From positions 826,254 through 890,253 of the forward strand of contig OZ241843.1 of assembly GCA_965202695.1 (NCBI GenBank): a DNA stretch of 64,000 nt. The letters run 5' to 3'. The DNA is from Vicinamibacterales bacterium. GTDB taxonomy: Bacteria > Acidobacteriota > Vicinamibacteria > Vicinamibacterales > UBA8438. The position numbers and the translations under genes were made by a program. Within the stretch, counting starts at the first letter, position 1; every line of letters starts with the position of its first letter. The notes under the pieces are model-generated. The model was not told the origin of the DNA. It saw only the letters and a program-made list of their open reading frames with translations, and ran no database searches. Shown here one piece after another: positions 44,138 to 51,937 of the stretch.

Positions 44138-45091
44138 ATGCCTGACCGAACCGCGCGTCACGTCCACGGCCCCCCGGACGCCTGGACGGTCATCGACGGC
44201 CGCCCGGACGAGACCGAACTGCGGCCCGTCCTCGACGCCATCGCCGCGGCCGTCGATCCGGACCGCATCATCGTGTTCGGCTCCGCCGCCCGCGGGACGA
44301 TGACCGCCGACAGCGACGTCGATCTGCTGGTCGTCAAGCGCACCGACGACCTGCGCGCGCTCCGCGCCGCCGTCCGCGCCGCGCTGGCCGCCAACCGGCG
44401 GCCGGTCGACGTCGTCGCCGGCACGCCGCGTATGCTCGACGAGCAGCGTCGATGCCTGAGCATGGTGTACGGCCCCGCGTTGCGGGACGGGGTCGTCGCC
44501 TGGGCCCGTGGCGCCCGCGAGACGACGGGCGCTCCCGCGTGGAGCACGCTGCCCGAACGGAAAGGAACCTCCGGCGAAATGGTCCGAACCCTGCGCTTCC
44601 GCCGCGAGGAAGCGGACACGTGGCTTGCCAAAGCTCGGGAAGATCTGACCGTGGTGAACACCACCGACGCGGCGATTCCCTTCGCGCCGCGGGCGTACAG
44701 CGCGCAGGCGGCGACGGAGAAGGCTCTCAAGGCGCTGCTCGTGGCGCACGGGCGGCCGGTTCCGTTCGACCACGATCCGGACACGCTGGCCGACCTCGCC
44801 GTCCAGCAGGGCGAAGCGCTGCCGGCCGTCGCCGCCCGCGACGCCCTGGAAGCGTTGTCCGACTACGGCGGACCGGCGCAATACCCGCACTACGGCGGGG
44901 AGGCCGACCCGGGCGCCGAAACCCTGTTTCCGGCGATCGCCAACGAGATGACGGCCCACGCGGCGTCCCGCGTCGACGCGATCCTGCGTGGGAAGCGCCC
45001 CCGGAAGGCCGCGGGCGACGCCGGTCGGCCCGACCAGGAAGGAAAGCGTCCGGGCCGGAGCGGTCCGGCTGGCGAAGAATCAAGCGACTGA
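44138..45091 (+). CDS. Fused minimal nucleotidyltransferase (MNT) + HEPN-domain protein
   Basis: IIVFGSAARGTMTADSDVDLLVV is the GSxxRG...DxD NTase motif. The C-terminal helical region ADTWLAKAREDL...EKALKALL...YP has a HEPN-like layout. Confidence 0.6.
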   Translation: MPDRTARHVHGPPDAWTVIDGRPDETELRPVLDAIAAAVDPDRIIVFGSAARGTMTADSDVDLLVVKRTDDLRALRAAVRAALAANRRPVDVVAGTPRMLDEQRRCLSMVYGPALRDGVVAWARGARETTGAPAWSTLPERKGTSGEMVRTLRFRREEADTWLAKAREDLTVVNTTDAAIPFAPRAYSAQAATEKALKALLVAHGRPVPFDHDPDTLADLAVQQGEALPAVAARDALEALSDYGGPAQYPHYGGEADPGAETLFPAIANEMTAHAASRVDAILRGKRPRKAAGDAGRPDQEGKRPGRSGPAGEESSD

Positions 45092-45224
45092 AGCAGGGAC
45101 GGTCCTGCGCCGCGCCCCGGCGCATCGAACGGGGCCACCACGCGGCGGCTGGGCCGCGGTCGCCGCGGGCCGGCGAAGAGGCCGCGCCCCGGCGCATCGG
45201 ACGGGGCCGTCGCGCGGCGCGCGC

Positions 45225-48200
45225 CTATCGGCTCGGGAGGGACGCGAACGTCCGCTCGAAGGCGGCGGAGACGGCGGCGTCGAGGTCGGTCTCCATCGCG
45301 TACGCGGACGTCATCTCCCGGAACGTCCAGCGGCCGAACGCGCCCAGGCGGTTGACGGCCGGGACCCAGTAAGTCTCCATCGCCGTCTTCTTGTCCTTCG
45401 CGTCCTCGCGGCGGTAGCCCTTGACCTCGACCACGAGACGCAGGAGGTCGTCGGGGCCGCGCCCGTCGTCGACGAGCAGGACGAAGTCGGGCAGGTAGCG
45501 CCGGTGCTCGGCGCCGCGGCGGTAGGGGACCTCCAGCCCGAGGTTGTGGTTCTTGACGTACGCCCGCACCCGCGGGTGCGCCTCGGCGACGCGGCAGAAC
45601 TCCGCCTCCCAGTCGCTGTCGCAGACGGCCCAGTCGACGTGGCAGCGCCGGGCGTCGGTTTGCCAGCGGGTCTGCTTCGACGTGGCGAACCGCACGTGCC
45701 GCGTGGACCCCTCGGGGTTGTAGGGGTCGAGCATCGCCTGGATCGGGCGGGTCTCCCGATGCCGCTCGACGATGCCGTCGGTGATGCGCCGGCAGGCGTG
45801 GTCGGCCAGCTCGGCGTACAGCAGTTGCGCCGGGCGCGTGCCCCCTTCGCAGACCAGATGCGCGTCGAGCCACTGCCGGGCGATGCGCTTGAGCTGGCCG
45901 AACAGGTACAGCCGGGGCTCCTGGTTCGGGTCGCGCCACTCGGTCAGCAGCAGATGGCGGGTCAGGTGGTAGAGCAGCGTGGCGCGCCGCACGGCGCCGG
46001 CGCGGACCAGCGTCAGGTCGATCCCCTCGCCGACGATCCCCTCGTTGCGGGTGACGGCGGGGCCGACCAGCTCGGGGGTGAGCACCAGGGTGGAGTCGTC
46101 TTCGAAGCGGGCCGTCAGCCGGTCGTCGGGGAGCTCCACGCGGTAGCCCTGGACGCGCGGGAAGCGGATTTCGCACGCGTCGCGGTCCGGCGTCACCGCC
46201 CGCACCATGACCGTCTCGCGCGGCGGCAGGGGCGGGGCCACCACCGGCTTGGCGGTGAAGTCGAACGGGATGCCGAGCACGTCGGCGTACTCCACGTCGA
46301 ACAGGCCGGTCTCGCCGTTGACTTCGTACGACTGCCGGCGTAGCGCGCGGCCGACGATCTGTTCGCAGAGAAGCTGCGTGCCGAACGCCCGCACGCCCAG
46401 CAGCCCGTGGTGGAACCCCCGCGTCGCACCGAGAGCGGCGATGCGCCCGCCTGACAAGGCGTGAGAAGGGCGCATATTGGGCATATTCAACCGCCGAACA
46501 ACGCAGTCAGGCGGGATGCAGCGCCGCTCGAATGCAGCGGGGCGTTTCACCACGGGCTGCCAGGACGTGGGTGACGGTGCGCGCGTCCCAGCCCTCGCTG
46601 AGCATCGAGACCGACACCACGCAGCGGGTCCGCCCGCCCAGGCGGCCCTCGACGCCGACGGTGTTGACCACCTCGCGCAGCAGGTCTTCGTCGGTGAGCC
46701 GGTCGGCCTGCCGCCGGTCGCCGGTGCGCGCGACGATCTCGCGCCGGAAGCGTTCGATCTCGTCGGCCGCCGCGGCGCGGAACCCCCGGTCGAGCGCCTC
46801 GCCCGAGTCGAGCTGCTCGCTGTCGATCAGCAGCGTCCGGGGTCGGGGGCAGGGGCGGCCGTGCTCGTCGAAGTTGCGGAAGAGCGGCAGGCGGCCCTGC
46901 TCCAGGCTGGTCGAGCCGTCCTCGCGCCGGCGGTGGAACCCGGAGACGTAGTCGTAGACCAGCTTCGACGTGGCGGTGTTGTTGCAAACGATGATGAAGC
47001 AGGGGGGACGCGGATGCCCGCCTCCCGCCACGCGTCGAAGGTCCGCGCGTAGTGGCCGTACAGCGCCTCGAGGGCGGTCACCAGCTTCGTCGGCAGGCGC
47101 AGCGGATCGGCCGCGCCCGCCCCGCGGCCCTTCTTCGGCATCTGCCTGCCGACGTGCTTCCACAGCTCGCGGAACTGGGGCATCTCGGCGCCGGGGACGT
47201 TGTCGGCCACCGGCACGCGCGGCAGCTTGACGATGCCGCACTCGATGGCGTCGAGCAGCGAGAAGTCGCTCGCGGTCCACGGGAACAGCGTCCCCTCGGC
47301 ATAGCCCGACCCGCGCAGGAAGAACGGCGTCGCCGACAGGTCGACGACCCGCTGCAGGCCGAGCCGGCGCCGCACCGCTTCGAGGCCCGACATCCAGATG
47401 CGCGCGGCCTCGCGGTTCTTCTGCGCCTCCTGCCACTCGTCGCCCCGCAGCGCGCCCTCGACCGACTCGGCCGGCCTCTCGCGGTAGCAGTGGTGGGCTT
47501 CGTCGTTGAGCACCCAGATCCGCTTCAGGCCCATCAGCTCGGGCAGGACCCGCTGCAGCATCCGGCCCTCGGTCTCCCGCGTGCGCAGCGGGGCGCCCTG
47601 GCCCTGGAGCAGGGCGCGGCCGACGGCGGAGACGGCCAGCGTCTCGCGCCGCTGGAACGCGTGGTAGTTGGTGACGACGATCTTCGCCCGCTCGAGGTCG
47701 CGGAGCATGTCGGGCGGGACCAGCTCGCGGCTCGCGTAGTAGCTGTCGGGGTCGTGGGGCTGGAGCACGCGCAGGCGTTCGCGGATGGTCACGCCGGGCG
47801 CGACCACCAGGAACCCCCGCGTGAAGCGCGGGCTGGCCGGGCGCCGGACCGCGTTGACGGTCTGCCACGCGATGAGCAGGGCCATGACGGTGGTCTTGCC
47901 GGCGCCGGTCGCGAGCTTCAGGGCCACCCGGTCCAGGGCGGCTGACGGCTCCGCCGCCGCCCCGGCGTTCGCGTTCGCCAGGTGCTCGAGGTAGCCGCGT
48001 CCCTCCCGGCCGATCTTCGGCGCGACCTCGGTCAGCCAGATCACCGTCTCGGCCGCCTCGACCTGGCAGAAGAACGGGCGGACGCCGCCGAAGGCGTGGC
48101 GCCGCCAGTGCCGCAGCAGGCGCGCGGTTTCGGGCGTGACCCGCCACGCGCTCTCCGGCGCCGCCCGCCAGCCGTCGACGGCGCGCCGCAGGCCGTTGAC

Positions 48201-48461
48201 GAACGCCGTCAGGTCGTACTGCTGGTCCGCGGTCCCGACCGCCGCCGCGGTCTCGTCGGCGACCAGCGCGAGCTGCCGGGCGCGGCGTTTCCGGGGCGCG
48301 GGGATCGGCGAGACGTACGCCGAGGGCCGCCGCCCGTCGACGACGCGGTTGGTCGGCCGGTTGTCCGCGTCGAGCTCCCAGTGGCGGCCCGGCCGCTCGT
48401 ACGGCGAGTTGAGGATCGGCCGTTCGTGGAAGGCGTCGGAATCCGCGAACATCCGGGGCAT
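45225..48461 (-). pseudogene. res: Type III restriction enzyme Res subunit (SF2 helicase + C-terminal PD-(D/E)xK nuclease), disrupted twice
   Basis: Walker A LATGAGKTT, DEAH box VLNDEAHH, motif VI-like SMLSEGWDARTVTHVL, nuclease core LPDF...VVEVKG. The reading frame breaks at the G6 tract 47002-47007 and again at a 160-bp insertion at 46401-46560. Confidence 0.8.
46401..46560. mobile_element. Family-1 palindromic MITE/REP-like element (160 bp) inserted in res
   Basis: Termini are CAGCCCGTGGTGGAAC (46401-46416) and, as the reverse complement of the right end, (G)CAGCCCGTGGTGAAAC. The ~55-bp arms are mutually inverted. CAG flanks both sides (46398-46400 and 46561-46563). Deleting 46401-46560 restores ...TVTHVL-LGVRAFGTQLLCEQ in frame. 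Confidence 0.65.
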
Positions 48462-48596
48462 TCTCGCATGGCCAGCGGCGCACGTGCGGATGCGGGAAGC
48501 GACGGCGCATGCGGAAAGACGCCGCGCAAAAAGACCCCGCGCAGCGGGGTCCGCTGCGCGGGGTCCATCTTTCCGCGTCCGGGCCGATCGGGCGGC

Positions 48597-50840
48597 CTAC
48601 TCGACGTAGTTGCCGTCCACCTCCAGGGCGATGATCGCGGCGTGCTCGTAGGACTGGTCGAACAGCGCGGTCGCGCTGATCCAGTCGCCCGGCTCGGCGT
48701 CGGCGAGAGCGCCCACGGCGCGCGCGGGTATCGGGGTGGTGAAGGTGATGCGGCGGCGGTCTTCGTCGGCCGACACGAACTCCACCGGCAGCACGTAGCC
48801 GTGCTTCAGCACCGACTGCTCCCGCGGCTCCAGATAGCGGATGGCCCGGTCCGCGCCCCTGGTCCCCGGCGTCCAGATCAGCACGACCTGGTCGCCGGCG
48901 GCGAAGCGGTCGACGTAGCGGAACACGTGCTCTTCGACCGGCGCCGATACGGTGAGGGAGGCCGCGGCCTCGTCGAGGTCCACCAGCGCCCCGTTCCACA
49001 CGTAGCGGCGGGCGCGGCGGGCGGGGTCCCAGGCGTCGACCAGGGTCACCGCGCCGAGCCCGGAATCCGGCCGGTGGGGCGAGGTCCCGATGGCCCACGC
49101 GCCGGGGGCGAGCCCCTGCATCAACGGGGCGCTGTCGGCCGGCGGCTCGACCGTGAAGGTGAGATACCGCCCCTCGACCGCGTCGAACCGCGCCGGCAGC
49201 AGGAAGCGGTCGCTGCCCCACAGCCCCGAGCCGTCGTCGCGCCTCACGGCGCGGATGCCGTCGGCCCGGCCGTCGAACCCGGACCAGGTGATGACGATGG
49301 GGTCGCCCGCGTCCAGATCGGCCGCGACCACCCCCGACGGCGAGACGATGCGGGAGCGGACGGTCAGGGCGCCGGCTTCCTCGTCGCGCGACACCAGCTC
49401 GCCCCGCCACTCGTAGGTGTCGGCGGCGGCGGGAACCTTCCCCGCCAGCCGCGGCGCCGCCGAGGGCGCGTAGGCGTCGGCGGTCAGCACCGGGGCCGCG
49501 CCGGCCGCGGGGCGGTGACGCGACGTGAGGGTGGCCCAGCTCCCGCGGGTCAGGGCGCGCAGCGCAGCGACGCGGTCGGCCGGGGGCGCGACCGAGAACG
49601 TCAGGTACCGCCGCGCCGGGTCGGTCTCGACGAACGTCGCCTGCAGCAGGAAGCCGCCGCCGCCCCACAGCCCGGCGTCGCGCTCGACGGCGCGAATGCC
49701 GTCGGTCCGGTTCTCGAAGCCCGACCAGGTGATGACGATCGGGTCGCCGGCCTCGAGGCCCGCCGCCGACCGCGCGGCGGCGTCGGACACGAGGCGCGAC
49801 CGCACGGTCAGGGTGTCGCCGGCGTCGTCGAGCGACACCAGCTCGCCGTGCCAGCGGTAGGCCGCGTCGGCGGGCAGGGGGGCAGGGGCCGGCGACGCCG
49901 CATAGGCGGCGACCGCCTCGACCGCGGCGTCGGCCGTCGGCTGGTGGGGCGACGTGGCGGTGGCCCACGCGCCCGGGGTCAGGGCGCGCAGCGCGGCGAC
50001 GCCGTCGGCCGGGGGCGCGACCGAAAAGGTCAGATACCGCGAATCGACGGCGACGAGCTCGGCCTCGAGCAGGAACCGCTCGCTGCCCCACAGCCCCGAG
50101 TCGTCGGCCGGGACCACGGCGCGCACGCCGGACGCGCGATCGCGGTAGCCCGACCAGGTGATGCGGATCGGGTCGCCGGGTTCGAGCCCCGCGGCGGCCG
50201 CGTTCGGCGACACGAGACGCGACCTGACCGTCAACGACCGGCCGGCGCCGTCGAGCGACACCAGCTCGCCGCTCCAGTCGTAGGTGTCGCCGGGGGCCGG
50301 ACCCTGTCCGTTCCCCGCGCCGTGGGCGCTCGCGGTCACCACCGCGGCCGGCCCGTGCGCGGGCCGATGCGGCGACGTCAGGGTCGCCCAGGTGCCGGGG
50401 GTGGTCGCCCGCAACGGCGCGAGCGCGCTGGGGGGACCGCTGACCGAGAACGTCAGCGAACTCCGGGCCGCGTCGGCGGCCACGAACCGCGCCCGGAGCC
50501 GGAACCGGTCGCCCGGCGACAGGCCCGACCCGTCGTCGGCGGCGACCGCGGCGACGCCCTGGGCGCCGTGGTCCGACCCCGACCACGTGATCAGGATGGG
50601 GTCTCCGCGCCGCAGGTCGGCGACGTCCAGCCCGGCCGGGGCGACGACCCTGGAGGTGACGGTGGCGGTGCGCGCCCCCGCGTCGAGCGCGACCAGTTCG
50701 CCGAGCCACCGATACGTCTCCACGCCGGCGCCGAACGCCGCCGCGGGTTGCGCCACGGCCAGCGCGCCCGCCAGCGCGACCCCGCGCCACGCGCGCGGCG
50801 GCGCGGTCAGACCTGCTCGCCTTCCGGTCCGGTTCGCCAT
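48597..50840 (-). CDS. Secreted protein built from five tandem ~140-aa repeats of an unrecognised domain
   Basis: AAGGAGGG RBS before the ATG at 50840, and a signal peptide ...AVAQPAAAFGA. The pattern Y.W.GELVSLD....LTVRSR.VS....L..GDPI.ITWSG......G(I/V)RAV....FLL.A.FV......YLTFSV.PPA....L..LTPG.WAT.TSPH.P occurs five times. Confidence 0.65.
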   Translation of the reverse strand: MANRTGRRAGLTAPPRAWRGVALAGALAVAQPAAAFGAGVETYRWLGELVALDAGARTATVTSRVVAPAGLDVADLRRGDPILITWSGSDHGAQGVAAVAADDGSGLSPGDRFRLRARFVAADAARSSLTFSVSGPPSALAPLRATTPGTWATLTSPHRPAHGPAAVVTASAHGAGNGQGPAPGDTYDWSGELVSLDGAGRSLTVRSRLVSPNAAAAGLEPGDPIRITWSGYRDRASGVRAVVPADDSGLWGSERFLLEAELVAVDSRYLTFSVAPPADGVAALRALTPGAWATATSPHQPTADAAVEAVAAYAASPAPAPLPADAAYRWHGELVSLDDAGDTLTVRSRLVSDAAARSAAGLEAGDPIVITWSGFENRTDGIRAVERDAGLWGGGGFLLQATFVETDPARRYLTFSVAPPADRVAALRALTRGSWATLTSRHRPAAGAAPVLTADAYAPSAAPRLAGKVPAAADTYEWRGELVSRDEEAGALTVRSRIVSPSGVVAADLDAGDPIVITWSGFDGRADGIRAVRRDDGSGLWGSDRFLLPARFDAVEGRYLTFTVEPPADSAPLMQGLAPGAWAIGTSPHRPDSGLGAVTLVDAWDPARRARRYVWNGALVDLDEAAASLTVSAPVEEHVFRYVDRFAAGDQVVLIWTPGTRGADRAIRYLEPREQSVLKHGYVLPVEFVSADEDRRRITFTTPIPARAVGALADAEPGDWISATALFDQSYEHAAIIALEVDGNYVE

Positions 50841-51376
50841 CTTTCCCTCCTTGACGGTTCCCATGACTGCTCCCGAAATCCACCGGACGAGTCCGAGCCT
50901 CGCTCCGCGGACGAGTCCGCCCCTCGGCCGGCGTCGTCGACGACCACCGCACCGCACCGCGGCCGCCTTCACCGGGCGGCGACCGCGTCACTGGACGGGA
51001 CGGCGGCGCCGCGCCCGATCCGCCGCGAAACGCTCTCTTCGGACTGCCCCATGAAGCACTGTCCCGCCGCCGACGGCGGACAACGCACACGCATTGCTTT
51101 CATCGGCCCTGGGAAAAGCCGACACGTTGGAGGGATGGGCGTGACCGCGTACCCGCCGCGATTATGGGAGAACCGATCGGCGCTGTCAAGGGTAAAATAC
51201 GCGGGTTCCCTGCCCGACTGGCGCATCGGCCGTTCGGTGCGACGGCAGGGCTGACGAGGGGGACGGGAATACGACGGCCGTTCCGGGGGTCCGAGTCATC
51301 GACGGACGGTTCGAGACCGGCGCGGCGCGCGCGACGGCAAGACGTCCTGTTCCAGGGAGACCATCGGAGACCATCG

Positions 51377-51913
51377 ATGAGAAGACTGCGTATCGCCTTC
51401 GTTCCTCTCGCCCTGCTCGCGGCGGCGGCCCTCGCGGCCCCGGCCGCGGCCCAGGAGGCCGACTTCTCGGGCACGTGGCGGCTCGACGCCGACGCCAGCG
51501 AACTGCCCGACTTCGGGGGCGGCCGGCGGTTCGGCGGGGGAGGGAGACCGCGGGGCGGCGGCGGGCAGGGGCCCGGCGGCGGCGCCGCGACGCTGGTCAT
51601 CGTGCAGACCCCGGCGATGCTGATCGTCGAGCAGCGGACGGACCGCGGCAGCCGCGCCGCGACCTACCGCCTCGACGGCGAAGAGAGCAGCAACCCGGGC
51701 CCGCGGGGCGAGCAGACGAGCCGGTCGCGCTGGGACGGCGCCGCTCTCGTCACCGAGGGCACGCAGGCGGTGAGCACCCCGCGCGGCGACTTCTCGCTGG
51801 AGTTCACCGAGCGGCGCACGCTGAGCGCCGACGGGGGGACGATGACCGTCGAAACGACCCGGTCGACCCCGCGCGGCGACCTCGACACGACGCTGGTCTA
51901 CCGGCGCCAGTGA
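51377..51913 (+). CDS. Small secreted hypothetical protein (lipocalin/beta-barrel-like)
   Basis: Signal peptide MRRLRIAFVPLALLAAAALAAPAAAQ. A Gly-rich linker followed by beta-rich sequence. No family firmly recognised. Confidence 0.5.
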   Translation: MRRLRIAFVPLALLAAAALAAPAAAQEADFSGTWRLDADASELPDFGGGRRFGGGGRPRGGGGQGPGGGAATLVIVQTPAMLIVEQRTDRGSRAATYRLDGEESSNPGPRGEQTSRSRWDGAALVTEGTQAVSTPRGDFSLEFTERRTLSADGGTMTVETTRSTPRGDLDTTLVYRRQ

Positions 51914-51937
51914 ACCGGAGCCGCGCTCGCCGGCCCG

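Noticed and set aside
46507-51090. 1,527-aa minus-strand ORF
   Set aside because: Only its last ~170 codons (about 46507-47010) are meaningful. They are the middle segment of the frameshifted res gene. The remainder overlaps res and the five-repeat protein gene in wrong frames and is Arg/Pro/Gly-rich.
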